DNA of 64,000 nt from Nitrosopumilus sp. GTDB lineage: Archaea; Thermoproteota; Nitrososphaeria; Nitrososphaerales; Nitrosopumilaceae. A program made the position numbers and the translations under genes. The notes under the pieces are model-generated. The model searched no databases. It was not told the origin of the DNA and saw nothing but the letters and a program-made list of their open reading frames with translations. Shown one piece after another: positions 19,945-30,483 of this stretch. The DNA is taken from NCBI GenBank assembly GCA_965203315.1, contig CBDBCE010000004.1, positions 96,001 through 160,000 on the forward strand, read 5' to 3'. Every line of letters begins with the position of its first letter. The stretch's first letter is position 1.

Positions 19945-20871
19945 ATGGATCTGCGAGTACACAATCTAAATGCCACATATGAATCGACTAGGGGAGAGAT
20001 ATATGCAGTGGACGACGTTGACTTTGATATCTTTGACGGTCAGTCTATAGGGATTGCTGGTGAGAGTGCATGTGGAAAGAGCACACTTGGTCTATCTATA
20101 ATTCGAGTATTGGACTCGGCGCAAGTTGACGGTCAGATAACTATAGATGACGTTTCTATTCTCGATATGGATGAATCTGAGTTTAATTCAAAGTACCGAT
20201 GGCGACAGATATCTATGATCTTTCAAGGAGCAATGAACTCTCTTGATCCTGTGTTTACTATAAAAGATCAGTTTGTTGAGATCTTGGAAGAGCATGATTT
20301 TGCAGGAAACTATGATCAAGTAGTCTTGGATGCAGTTAGATCAGTCGGTCTTGATGATACTGTGCTGTCACGATATCCACACGAACTTAGTGGCGGAATG
20401 AAACAACGAGTCATCATCGCAATGGCACTATTACTAAAACCAAAGTTTGTGATTGCAGATGAACCTACTACTGCACTAGACGTATTAATTCAAGCTCAGA
20501 TAGTAAATCTACTCAAAGATCTCAAAAAGGAAGGAATGGCATTCATGCTCATAACTCATGATCTTGCAGTTCTCTCTGAGATATCAGATGTGATCGGAAT
20601 CATGTATGGAGGTCAGATGGTCGAATTTGGTAGTTCTTTAGAGATATACAACTCTCCAAAACATCCCTATACTCAAGCCTTACTCAAATCAATTCCAACT
20701 TTGCATGGTGAGCGACCATCCTATATTGGTGGTATGCCCCCGAGCTTGTCTGCTCCGCCAACACAATGCAGATTTCTAGACCGATGTCCACAAGCTGTTG
20801 AAAAGTGTAAACAGAATCCACCTAAATTTAAGACTAAGACTGGTTATGTTCGGTGTTGGCTGTATGAGTAG
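19945..20871 (+). CDS. Oligopeptide/dipeptide ABC ATP-binding subunit (OppD-like)
   Basis: GESACGKS, LSGGMKQR, DEPTTALD, HPYT and C-terminal Cys cluster. Confidence 0.92.
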   Translation: MDLRVHNLNATYESTRGEIYAVDDVDFDIFDGQSIGIAGESACGKSTLGLSIIRVLDSAQVDGQITIDDVSILDMDESEFNSKYRWRQISMIFQGAMNSLDPVFTIKDQFVEILEEHDFAGNYDQVVLDAVRSVGLDDTVLSRYPHELSGGMKQRVIIAMALLLKPKFVIADEPTTALDVLIQAQIVNLLKDLKKEGMAFMLITHDLAVLSEISDVIGIMYGGQMVEFGSSLEIYNSPKHPYTQALLKSIPTLHGERPSYIGGMPPSLSAPPTQCRFLDRCPQAVEKCKQNPPKFKTKTGYVRCWLYE

Positions 20872-21250
20872 ATTTTAACAAGCCTTGAACAATAGGCATA
20901 CATGCATCGATTACTCGAAGCACCTCACTTCTAATCACATCTTTGTCTATCGAGACCCAAACCCTGTCTGACCTGATTGCAAACGATATGGTCTGAACCT
21001 TTTTGCGTTCCTCCCAAACAAAGTCAATCGTACCTAGACTCTTGTCAAAGTAACTCTCCATATCTGTTCTGAGCGAGATGTGTGAAAATTGATACTTTGT
21101 ATTCTTGGCATCTAGTAGAGGCACCAAATCCTTTCTTCTTGTGTATTTCACCAGTTCTCCATCTTCGTTGATTACCCCTACAAATCGAATATATGGACTA
21201 ATGGACATAATATCATCACATATCTTTTGAAACTCTTCGTTACTCATCAC
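20834..21250 (-). CDS. Thaumarchaeal hypothetical protein (DUF6659/roadblock-like)
   Basis: CDDIMSISPYIRFVGVINEDG pattern. Confidence 0.6.
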   Translation of the reverse strand: MMSNEEFQKICDDIMSISPYIRFVGVINEDGELVKYTRRKDLVPLLDAKNTKYQFSHISLRTDMESYFDKSLGTIDFVWEERKKVQTISFAIRSDRVWVSIDKDVIRSEVLRVIDACMPIVQGLLKSTHTANTEHNQS

Positions 21251-21553
21251 TAATAGTAAATAGTGATCATATTTTAATTATAGGTATGAGTAATAATGTC
21301 TGGAACATTTACTATTTAATCCGTACATCACATGGATGGTCTAGACGTCAGGTTATCCAAAATGAAGACTTGTACCAGTCATGAAACTATCTCTTGCAAT
21401 CATACCTCGTGTCTATAGATGCCTTTTTGTGTTGTCTGGCGATTCATGGAGTTATTGGTGCGCAATCAGGATATCATGTCCGATCAGAGACGAATCTGAT
21501 ATCACCCCAAACTGATCATTCCTATTAAATAAAGCACTAGTTCAGATCAATCT

Positions 21554-22183
21554 GTGGATCTGGCAGACCTATTTCCATTTGCTCCTGAGATAGGTTATCT
21601 CAGTCTCGGGTTGGTAAACTTTGTTGGTTCATTGGTACCTTTTGTTCCACTACCTGGATTTCTACTCTTGGCCACAATGTCTGTGGGAGACAAATTTGAT
21701 CTACACGTACTAGCACTCGTGTCTGCCGTCACTGCAACGATTGCCAAACAGATAATATTTCTTGTAAGTTATGGTGGCAGTAACATACTCAGCGAGACGA
21801 CTAGAGCAAGGATGCGTCCATTTGAGCGTCTAGTAAAACGTTATGGTGCAGCCGCTGCATTCTCTGCAGCTGCGACTCCAATTCCTGACGATCTAGTTTA
21901 TGTTCCACTTGGACTAGCAAAATATAATCCGAAACGATTCTTTATAGCGACATTTGCCGGCAAACTAGTTCTCAGTTATACTATTGTCTTCGTATCCAAC
22001 TATCTGGGAATATCTCTGGTAGAGCCGTTCATAAAAGATCTTGATAGCGCGACGCCGATATATGTTGGAATTATTGTATTTGGCGCGTCGATGACAGCTG
22101 TTGTGATATTGTTACTGCGACTTGACTGGGCGCGAATTCTAGGCAGATTTGCTCCTTGGACTCTAGATGAACGTGACGACTAG
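21554..22183 (+). CDS. DedA/VTT-domain membrane protein
   Basis: Hydrophobic; AATPIPDD and GK motifs. Confidence 0.8.
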   Translation: MDLADLFPFAPEIGYLSLGLVNFVGSLVPFVPLPGFLLLATMSVGDKFDLHVLALVSAVTATIAKQIIFLVSYGGSNILSETTRARMRPFERLVKRYGAAAAFSAAATPIPDDLVYVPLGLAKYNPKRFFIATFAGKLVLSYTIVFVSNYLGISLVEPFIKDLDSATPIYVGIIVFGASMTAVVILLLRLDWARILGRFAPWTLDERDD

Positions 22184-22728
22184 TTTATGGTAAAGTTCCA
22201 CCTCTTTGGTACCGACTCTTTAACTCCAATTCGATGCGATGCGGTTATCTCGCCCTTGATGCGACCATGTGTGATGTATAATGTCGGATCTGATGTGAGA
22301 TCAACTCCATACTGTAGTTTGGTAATGGATAGAGCCTTTGCAAGTTTTGCAGGGCCGTTTGTAAGATTTGTTTGATCTTCAAATCCTCGATTCTTCATCA
22401 TCATATCTACTCCAGATTCTGGTTTGATCGAGCGAATCAAGACTGCTCCAGCTATGGAGTCTCTATCTCTTGCAACAACATTGAAACAAAAATGCATTCC
22501 ATATGTAAAATAGACATACGCGGTTCCTACCGTTCCAAACATCGCCTTATTCCTCTCTGTCATGCCACGAAAAGCGTGACTTACAGAATCATTGACATGT
22601 CCATATGCCTCAGTCTCTGTTATTATTCCTGATAGCGTCTTGTCTTTTATCACTCTGACTAGTCGTTTTCCTAGTAGGCTCTTTGCTACCGTTACAGTAT
22701 CTCTGTGATAAAATCTCCTAGAGATCAA
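22180..22728 (-). CDS. DNA-3-methyladenine glycosylase (MPG family)
   Basis: ETEAY, YVYFTYGMHFCFNVV, AVLIRS, NGPAKL. Confidence 0.93.
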   Translation of the reverse strand: MISRRFYHRDTVTVAKSLLGKRLVRVIKDKTLSGIITETEAYGHVNDSVSHAFRGMTERNKAMFGTVGTAYVYFTYGMHFCFNVVARDRDSIAGAVLIRSIKPESGVDMMMKNRGFEDQTNLTNGPAKLAKALSITKLQYGVDLTSDPTLYITHGRIKGEITASHRIGVKESVPKRWNFTIN

Positions 22729-23299
22729 TATCTGGTTTGATCTTGTTGCCTTTTTTTAACCGTGCTACTATGTTGACCAACTTTGTGATATCGCTGTTGA
22801 GTACATCAATTAGAGATTGATTGTATATTGTAGCTGCAGGATGGATGGTCAGAAAGTATAACTGTTCTCTACTCTTTACTATCTTGCCACGATACTTTGT
22901 AATCTCAGATCCGCCCAAGATCGAACCAAACGCTGTATTCCCTAGAATGCATATTATCTTTGGTTCAACTATTGCGATCTCGTCATTCAAGTATGCTGAG
23001 CACATATCTCGTTCTGTTGTGTTTGGGACTCTATTGTTTGGCGGTCTACACTTTACGACATTTGTGATGTATATAGAGTCGCGTTGTATTCCAGCATTGG
23101 CTAGTGCTTCATCTAGTCTCTTTCCTGCCGCACCAACAAACGGGACACCTTGTGCATCTTCGTTCCGCCCTGGCGCTTCTCCAACAAACATGATATCTGA
23201 CTTGGAGCCCTGACCGGGAACCGCACAAGTTCGAGTCTTGTATAGATCGCACTTTGTACATATCGTGACTGACTGTTTTATCTCTAATAGATTTGTCAT
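22718..23299 (-). CDS. Family 4 uracil-DNA glycosylase
   Basis: CTKCDL, GEAPG, PFVGAAG, KCRPPNNR, HPAA; start set at ATG 23299. Confidence 0.93.
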   Translation of the reverse strand: MTNLLEIKQSVTICTKCDLYKTRTCAVPGQGSKSDIMFVGEAPGRNEDAQGVPFVGAAGKRLDEALANAGIQRDSIYITNVVKCRPPNNRVPNTTERDMCSAYLNDEIAIVEPKIICILGNTAFGSILGGSEITKYRGKIVKSREQLYFLTIHPAATIYNQSLIDVLNSDITKLVNIVARLKKGNKIKPDIDL

Positions 23300-23492
23300 G
23301 TATGTTGTTGTTACCTGCCTTATAATTGCGTAACATTGGTATTCAAATATCAACATGACCGTGAATTCGATCAAGTTACTAGACAACTAGATATCTAGTG
23401 AGATGATAGCCACACTAGCTCAAACAAAACAGACTCTCTACACTAAAAATTCTCACAACGATTCTATTATGTATTCATAGATAGTGAGAGTT

Positions 23493-23627
23493 ATGAAGAG
23501 TACAAGAAATGACGAGTTTTACAGCAACTGCACAAAATACTTTGAGCATCTGCGAGGCAAGGGTGATACAGACTTTGGGTTTGAAGATGAATACTATTTT
23601 ACTCTGCCTGCAATATCGCGTAGTTGA
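23493..23627 (+). CDS. Small conserved thaumarchaeal-type protein (44 aa)
   Basis: Below the ORF-track cutoff: MKSTRNDEFYSNCTKYFEHLRGKGDTDFGFEDEYYFTLPAISRS. Confidence 0.6.
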   Translation: MKSTRNDEFYSNCTKYFEHLRGKGDTDFGFEDEYYFTLPAISRS

Positions 23628-23783
23628 TGTATTCGCCTCTAAATGACATGATCTGTATTCATCAGTACACTATGTTGAGTTGATATCTATGCTGGGCGTA
23701 GTTTTTGATGATAACTTATGTGCCTGCGTGGCGCATCTTTTTTCTCTCTTTGGAAAGCTAATTAGGATAGATACTATGAATCT

Positions 23784-25583
23784 ATGATTGAGTTGACCAT
23801 AGTTGTTGATACGAGCATTATAATTAACGGTGAGATCATACCCTATATCTCTGACACTCTCTCAGGATCTCAACTGATCATACCTCAGGTTGTCATTGAT
23901 GAACTCCAATCCCAAGCTATCTCTAAAAAGGCACAGGGATTTGTAGGACTAGAGAATCTAAAACATATCCATACTCTGGCAACTAAATGTGGTATTGATA
24001 TAGTGATATCTGGGAACCATCCATCATCTGAAGAGATCAGACTTGCAGATATGGGTAGGCTCGATGGGATTATAGTCGATCTAGCAAAAAAAGAGAATGC
24101 AACACTTTACACATCTGATACTGTTCAAAGTCTTGTCGCTCAAGCACAGGGTGTTAAAACGATCTTTGTTGCTCCAAAACCTCAAGGTGATCTGGAATTC
24201 GTAAAGTTCTTTGATTCAAATACGATGAGCGTTCATCTCAAGCAAGGTCAACGACCTCTAGCAAAGCGCGGTAGACCAGGTAGTTCATCCCTTGATATCA
24301 TCCAAGATGAACCTCACTCCAAAGAGTATTTGGAGATGATCGTATCGCAGATACTCGATGTGGCACACTCTGACAGTAACACGATCGAGATATCTAAACT
24401 TGGAGCATCAGTCGTTCAACATGATAACTATCGAATTGCAATAACCAGACCGCCTCTATCAGAATCTTTAGAGATAACAATAGTTCATCCTACTGTTCAG
24501 CTCTCACTAGATGACTATTCTCTTAGTGAAAAGATGCTTGAACGTCTAACTGATCGTGCTGAAGGAGTAGTGATCTCTGGAGCTCCAGGTTCTGGCAAGA
24601 GTACACTTGCGTCAGGGATTGCCAACTTTTATCATCGGCAAGGCAAGATCGTGAAAACATTCGAATCACCTAGAGATCTTCAGGTAGATTCTGGGATTAC
24701 GCAATATGGTAAACTCGATGGCAGCTTTGACAATACTGCTGACATGTTACTTCTTGTTAGACCAGATTATACAATATTTGATGAGGTACGTAGGAGAGAA
24801 GATTTTAGAACGTTTGCTGATCTACGTCTAACTGGAGTTGGGATGGTCGGCGTGGTTCATGCAAACTCGCCTCTTGATGCAATACAACGATTCATTGGAA
24901 AGATAGAACTCGGTATGATCCCTAGCATCTTGGACACTGTCATCTTTGTCAAGAATGGTATGATCGACAAGGTATACGAGTTGGCTCTAAAGGTAAAGGT
25001 TCCATCAGGAATGACCGAATCTGATCTAGCTCGTCCTGTAATTGAGATTCAAGACTTTGAGAGTGGTAAACTAGAGTACGAGATCTATACGTTTGGTGAA
25101 GAGAATGTGATCGTTCCTGTATACGATGAAGAACGTTTTGGGATTGAAGGAATTACCGAAGAGAAGATTCGTGAGGTCTTTGCTAGATATGATCCACACG
25201 TCAAAGTTCACATCAGATCCAAGAATCGTGCTCAAGTTGTAGTAGATGAACAATACATTCCAAGTATAATTGGCAGAGGTGGATCGAACATAACCGATCT
25301 CGAGAAACAACTTCATATTCGCATAGACGTCGTTTCAAGACAAGACTCGCCCACACACGACACTGATATTCCTTTTCAACTCACCGAGTCCAAGACTATG
25401 TTGATGTTGACTGTTTCAAGACAATACTCGTCAATGCGTGCACTACTATACCTTGATGATACGTTGTTGACATCTGTCAAGATTGGACGACGTGGAAGGA
25501 TAAAGATCCCAAAGCGTTCAGAGACCGCACGCAAGATTACCTATATGCCTGATAGTCTCAAAGTTCTTCTCAGAGACTCTTAA
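23784..25583 (+). CDS. PIN-domain/ATPase/KH protein (PINA-type ATPase)
   Basis: N-terminal PIN (VDTS), Walker A GAPGSGKS, DEVR, KH motif IIGRGG. Confidence 0.9.
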   Translation: MIELTIVVDTSIIINGEIIPYISDTLSGSQLIIPQVVIDELQSQAISKKAQGFVGLENLKHIHTLATKCGIDIVISGNHPSSEEIRLADMGRLDGIIVDLAKKENATLYTSDTVQSLVAQAQGVKTIFVAPKPQGDLEFVKFFDSNTMSVHLKQGQRPLAKRGRPGSSSLDIIQDEPHSKEYLEMIVSQILDVAHSDSNTIEISKLGASVVQHDNYRIAITRPPLSESLEITIVHPTVQLSLDDYSLSEKMLERLTDRAEGVVISGAPGSGKSTLASGIANFYHRQGKIVKTFESPRDLQVDSGITQYGKLDGSFDNTADMLLLVRPDYTIFDEVRRREDFRTFADLRLTGVGMVGVVHANSPLDAIQRFIGKIELGMIPSILDTVIFVKNGMIDKVYELALKVKVPSGMTESDLARPVIEIQDFESGKLEYEIYTFGEENVIVPVYDEERFGIEGITEEKIREVFARYDPHVKVHIRSKNRAQVVVDEQYIPSIIGRGGSNITDLEKQLHIRIDVVSRQDSPTHDTDIPFQLTESKTMLMLTVSRQYSSMRALLYLDDTLLTSVKIGRRGRIKIPKRSETARKITYMPDSLKVLLRDS

Positions 25584-26028
25584 ATTTTGATATGATATCT
25601 GGATTTGCTTTGAGAAATGCGATGAACTTTCGTAGTTGTTTTATGGTCTTTGGGTTGAGGTGGTGTTCGATCCCCTCAATATCTTCATTTGCGGTATTGA
25701 ACTCGATCCCAAGTATATCAAAGAATTCTAATAATATTCCATGCCTCTGTCTTATTCCTTCTGCCACTTGAATCCCCTTTTGTGTGAGATTTATGCCATG
25801 ATACTTTTCATACTCTAAAAATCCTCCATCATCTAGCTTTTGTAACATCTTTGTGACGCTAGGAGCACTCACATTCATGTACTTTGAGATATCTAATGTG
25901 GTCGCATATCCTTTCAGATCAACCAACTCTGATATTATCTCCAAATAGTCTTCTACTCGTGAGCTGGATCTTGTCTTTTCTGAACGATGGGCAGCCTTTA
26001 TCGAATCAAGCCTCTTTGAGCTCTTCAT
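25570..26028 (-). CDS. DtxR/MntR metal-dependent transcriptional regulator
   Basis: EDYLEII, VSAPSVTKML, RHGILLEF, EGIEHHL; start set at ATG 26028. Confidence 0.9.
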   Translation of the reverse strand: MKSSKRLDSIKAAHRSEKTRSSSRVEDYLEIISELVDLKGYATTLDISKYMNVSAPSVTKMLQKLDDGGFLEYEKYHGINLTQKGIQVAEGIRQRHGILLEFFDILGIEFNTANEDIEGIEHHLNPKTIKQLRKFIAFLKANPDIISKFKSL

Positions 26029-26209
26029 ATGACTATATGGGTCGATTCTAGTATAATTGACTGTTGGTATGACGTTGGGCGATGTTCTCAGGCACGAGTG
26101 TCTACTGATCCCCTTCATGACACCGCCTAGTTTTAGATTAGGTTACTCTTTATTGACTACAAAGTTATAGTTGTTGATCCTTGTGCCTTAATTATATGGT
26201 ATTTGATGT

Positions 26210-26569
26210 ATGTCTGTTATGGAGGACCCGTTAAAGGAGCGTCTGACGAAACTACGTCAATTCTCAGACTCTGTGAATAGACGAGCCGAACTGTATAATG
26301 ACATCGCAAAGTTTGACGACAAGAGTACGGCTAGTTCGCTTGGGGCATTACGAAAGGCACCTGCGCCTGGTAAAAAGCTCCAAAAGATCGGATTCTTGAT
26401 GCTCTGGATTCCTGAACCGACTGGAGTGACCTGCGCGGTTGGTGGACCATTAATAGTGGCTGGGCGTTATCTGGACAAAAAGTACAATGGCGCCACAATC
26501 AATGATATCGGTCACGAGACCAAGAATACGATATCTACGATTAGCGACTTTAAACAGTCTATATCATAG
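26210..26569 (+). CDS. Hypothetical protein
   Basis: 119-aa ORF with hydrophobic WIPEPTGVTCAVGGPLIVAG segment. Confidence 0.6.
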   Translation: MSVMEDPLKERLTKLRQFSDSVNRRAELYNDIAKFDDKSTASSLGALRKAPAPGKKLQKIGFLMLWIPEPTGVTCAVGGPLIVAGRYLDKKYNGATINDIGHETKNTISTISDFKQSIS

Positions 26570-26895
26570 AGCACATCCATGTACTGGTGACAAAAGTGAG
26601 ATATCCAAGACTTCTATTAACTTGTCAGAGTTTGTAACATTGTTCCTAAATTCTCGGAGGACTCTCTCCGAGTCAATGTAAGCATGTTCTCGTATACACT
26701 ATTTGATCGTTTGATTCACAAACGCATGTTTTGTGGATTTGTTGCTATGAGGGATGGGCTTCAAATCACAAGTTGAGGGACTGAAACTGGACAGAACTTG
26801 AGGACTCGCTGATGTCTAAGACAAGAGACACCCATAAACTATCGAGACACAAACGAACTTGACTGTTTACTGTTCTGTTTTGGTAATTGTTATAA

Positions 26896-26906
26896 GGGGG
26901 GGGGGG
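26896..26906 (+). repeat. Poly-G (11) tract between TATA box and start codon
   Basis: TTATAA-GGGGGGGGGGG-AGTTCTTTT-GTG. Confidence 0.85.
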
Positions 26907-26915
26907 AGTTCTTTT

Positions 26916-27776
26916 GTGAAATTTCTCATTGGTATCCTTGTTACAGTATCTCTTATTGGAGTTATAGGTCTAGTCGATAACGCTGAAGCAGAATCATATC
27001 AAGAAGTAGATTTAGGATTGATATTGTCTACTTGTAATACAAAACCAATAGAACTAACTTCAAAGTTCATTCACTTAACAAATCATACTGACATATACAT
27101 TAGTAATCTAAATTCTCATAGTTTTCTTAGAAATCACTATGAAGGAAAGGAAACTGAAGGACTAAAAAACATACAAACGGAAAGACCAAATCAACATTGG
27201 CGTGATAGTGAAAGGATAATAATAATAATTTCTGAAGAAGCTGTTTATTGGGATATTGGATATTATCATAATGATAGTAATTACAGACATTCGTATTGTG
27301 AAAGAACTTATTATGACAAATTTGGAAATTTAGGGAATCAAACTAAAGAACATTATGAATATTATGGAGATTATGAAATAAGCGGATTACTAAAACCTAT
27401 AACATGGAACTTATCAGATGAACCTCAAATACAAAAACGGAACAAAATTAATGATGAGTATATCATAAACCTGATAGCAAAAACTTTCAACTTGACACCA
27501 GATAACCAACCAGATAGAACAGAAACAGTATCTAATGAACAGATCCAGAAACTCAAAGACAAGAACAAGGAACTCAAGAACAAACACCAAGCTTGTAATA
27601 ATGATAAAGATAGAGTAGTATCTGAACTATCTGAACTGCAGTCTAGATTTACTATACTGGAAACAAACTCTAATCAAACTCAATCTCAACTGAATGAAGC
27701 CTTATTCACAATAGAGAAACTTACAACTCAACTGAATGAAGCCAAGAAAAAGATAGAGGAGTTAGAATCGCCATGA
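26916..27776 (+). CDS. Secreted orphan protein with C-terminal coiled coil
   Basis: Signal-peptide-like start (GTG) KFLIGILVTVSLIGVIGLVDNAEA; heptad-rich C-terminus; AT-rich. Confidence 0.75.
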   Translation: MKFLIGILVTVSLIGVIGLVDNAEAESYQEVDLGLILSTCNTKPIELTSKFIHLTNHTDIYISNLNSHSFLRNHYEGKETEGLKNIQTERPNQHWRDSERIIIIISEEAVYWDIGYYHNDSNYRHSYCERTYYDKFGNLGNQTKEHYEYYGDYEISGLLKPITWNLSDEPQIQKRNKINDEYIINLIAKTFNLTPDNQPDRTETVSNEQIQKLKDKNKELKNKHQACNNDKDRVVSELSELQSRFTILETNSNQTQSQLNEALFTIEKLTTQLNEAKKKIEELESP

Positions 27777-28837
27777 AGGTTCTAATTTTGAGTCTTACTA
27801 CAGTATTTACTATCATGCTATTTGGCATATCTGATGTATATGCAGATCATTCACTTAACTATCAATCACATGGAACATTAGATGTTAGAATTAACAACTG
27901 TACTAGTTTTACCGTATTCGGAAATACAGATGAACCAAACCACCCTTTCCGTTTTGGATATGAGTTTTATGAATATCTTGGTAAAGATGACAACAACCAG
28001 CCTCATTTTATTAGCTATGAAGAACTTTCTAACTGGTCACATTCATTTTTTCCTAACAAAGATGGAAGTTTTGAGTTTACAGTATCAGTACCCATGACAA
28101 AGACTGTAAAGAATTATGGTTTCAATGAACGTACAGGTAATTGGGTTTCTACAAATACATATGACATTACACTATCAAAACTTTATCAAGGACATGTAGA
28201 CTTATACTTTAGTCAAAGTCATTACAAACCACATAGATCAGATTTTGTAGTTGATAATACTATATTTGATGTTATTGGTAATAGTACAAAAATAAATGTT
28301 AGAAACAACACAGATACAAATCAATTATGTTTCTATAAGATTACTTGCCCTTACAAATACTGTAATTATCCAGATGATTATACAGAAGTTGAAAACACAC
28401 CATCTATACAAGAACCAACTGCACCAAAGACCAAACTGCAGATAGCTAACGAGAATATCACAAATCTTGAAACCCAGATAGATAAATTTGAAACCAAGAA
28501 AGATAAACTCAAAGGCTTAAAGGACAACTGGAAAGAGAAATTTAAGCAATGCAAAGATGATAGAAAGGATCTAAGAACTGAAGTTGAATCATACAAGTCT
28601 AAATTCAACACAATAGAATCTCTATACAACACAACAGAAACGCAACGATCAGAACTTGAGAGACTATACACAGATTTAGATTTAGAACATGATAGAGTAA
28701 AACAAGAACTAGATGAAGCTAAAAATACCATATCTGGTCTATACTCACAATACTATGATTTACAATCCATACACAACTCAACCTTGAATGAACTGAATGA
28801 ACTTAGGGATCGAATGCAAGAGTTAGATTCTCAATAA
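27773..28837 (+). CDS. Secreted orphan protein with C-terminal coiled coil
   Basis: Signal peptide ending VYA; ATGA overlap with the previous gene; about 135-aa coiled coil. Confidence 0.8.
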   Translation: MKVLILSLTTVFTIMLFGISDVYADHSLNYQSHGTLDVRINNCTSFTVFGNTDEPNHPFRFGYEFYEYLGKDDNNQPHFISYEELSNWSHSFFPNKDGSFEFTVSVPMTKTVKNYGFNERTGNWVSTNTYDITLSKLYQGHVDLYFSQSHYKPHRSDFVVDNTIFDVIGNSTKINVRNNTDTNQLCFYKITCPYKYCNYPDDYTEVENTPSIQEPTAPKTKLQIANENITNLETQIDKFETKKDKLKGLKDNWKEKFKQCKDDRKDLRTEVESYKSKFNTIESLYNTTETQRSELERLYTDLDLEHDRVKQELDEAKNTISGLYSQYYDLQSIHNSTLNELNELRDRMQELDSQ

Positions 28838-29074
28838 CTACAATTGTGATCATAAATTATTGGTGGGGATTGACAGTTTTGCACAAGACTCAAAGTTATG
28901 CAATATATAAAATGGTCGTGTATCAATTATTATGAATTACTGTTGAATTGCATGATGTATGTTGCTTGAGATAGAATCATCACGATCCCAATCTCTTGCC
29001 AAGTTCAGACCCTAAGGTACACTAGACTAGTATTCCATCATGATTTTTTAAACAGAACTCTCTCTATTGTAATA

Positions 29075-29566
29075 TTGGCTACTAGATCTCAAACATTGAT
29101 TCCGATAATCATTGCTGCCGTGATAATTGGTATAGTTGGCTTGTACTCTATTCCGAGTGATACCAAACTAGAGTCTGTAGAATTTCCGCGAGGGACGATC
29201 CAAGTTGATGACATAACTTTGGAGGTTCAGATAGCAGACACCGAACCACGTCGAGTCCGTGGATTGATGTTTCAAGATGAACTGCCTCTAGATCAAGGAA
29301 TGATCTTTGTCTTTGACGAACCCAGTAAATATTCGCTATGGATGTTAAACATGCAATTTCCATTAGATATGATCTGGTTTGATGAGGCTGGAAGAGTGGT
29401 CCATATTGAGCAAGATATTCCTCCATGTATTACGGTAGTAGAGATAGCATCATGTACGAGTCTTGCACCAAACTCTGATGCAAAATATATTCTAGAAGTC
29501 ACAGCCGGTTTTGTCAAAACAAACAACATAACCCATGATTCTGTATTGGAGATTATATCGATCTAG
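29075..29566 (+). CDS. DUF192 family protein
   Basis: RVRGLMF, GMIFVF, WMLNMQFPLDMIWFD, YILEVTAG. Confidence 0.9.
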   Translation: MATRSQTLIPIIIAAVIIGIVGLYSIPSDTKLESVEFPRGTIQVDDITLEVQIADTEPRRVRGLMFQDELPLDQGMIFVFDEPSKYSLWMLNMQFPLDMIWFDEAGRVVHIEQDIPPCITVVEIASCTSLAPNSDAKYILEVTAGFVKTNNITHDSVLEIISI

Positions 29567-29663
29567 TGTGCGTCTACACAAACGACAGTAATTACATCTC
29601 TCTTGTGTCGATCTGCTAGAACTTTATACTCTGCTATATATTGGATAATATGAGTAGCGATCT

Positions 29664-30452
29664 ATGACAGATCCATATCTGCTTATCTTGATTGGATTTG
29701 TTTCTGGTATATTTGGTTCCATGCTGGGTCTAGGTGGAGGATCAATCAATGTGATGCTTCTTACCTTGTTAGGTGTCCCACCAACTACTGCTACGAGTAG
29801 TAGTCTCTTTGCAATTCTCGGAAACGCAACATCATCAACTGTATCATACGCAAAGCAGAAGCGAGTAGAGTTTAAACTTGGCATAAAGATGGGTTTGCTG
29901 GCAGTACCTGGTACAATAGTAGGTCCACTGATTCTAGCTAATACACATTATCAAGTATTTGAGATACTCTTTGCTATAGTGCTAATCTTGTCTGCATTGT
30001 ATGTTGTATTGCAACGAGAGATGCATTCTAGACAAAAGTCAGAATCTCTGGCATTGATCATAATCATTCCGATTGCGAGTTTTGGTGCTGGAATGATTGC
30101 AGCATTCTTTGGAATTGGTGGTGGAATAATCTTTGTACCTTTGATGATAATTGGACTGGGTCTAGGAATAAAACGAGCTGCACCTACATCTCAACTGATT
30201 CTTTTATTTACCTCTACTGCGGGATTTCTGACTCATCTTCTTTTAGATCATCCAGATCTATTCCAAGCAGGGTTTTTGATGGCTGGTTCTATTGCAGGTG
30301 GAATAATGGGGTCAAGACTGTCACTAAATATCAAAGAGCGATACCTTCGAATAATGTTTGCAATCGTACTCATCGTATCTGCAATTGAGTTGATGTTTGA
30401 TGCGACTATTCATGTCTCTGATCTCTTGCGCGCATGGGTACTGGAACAATAA
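29664..30452 (+). CDS. Sulfite exporter TauE/SafE family protein
   Basis: Duplicated GLGGG / GIGGG motifs, about 8 TM segments. Confidence 0.9.
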   Translation: MTDPYLLILIGFVSGIFGSMLGLGGGSINVMLLTLLGVPPTTATSSSLFAILGNATSSTVSYAKQKRVEFKLGIKMGLLAVPGTIVGPLILANTHYQVFEILFAIVLILSALYVVLQREMHSRQKSESLALIIIIPIASFGAGMIAAFFGIGGGIIFVPLMIIGLGLGIKRAAPTSQLILLFTSTAGFLTHLLLDHPDLFQAGFLMAGSIAGGIMGSRLSLNIKERYLRIMFAIVLIVSAIELMFDATIHVSDLLRAWVLEQ

Positions 30453-30483
30453 ACAACAATAAATGACAATATTTGACATATTG

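Noticed and set aside
26564-26830. Possible gene or IS remnant before the secreted pair
   Set aside because: Short minus-strand frame and a GGACAGAAC end-like motif only; nothing assignable.
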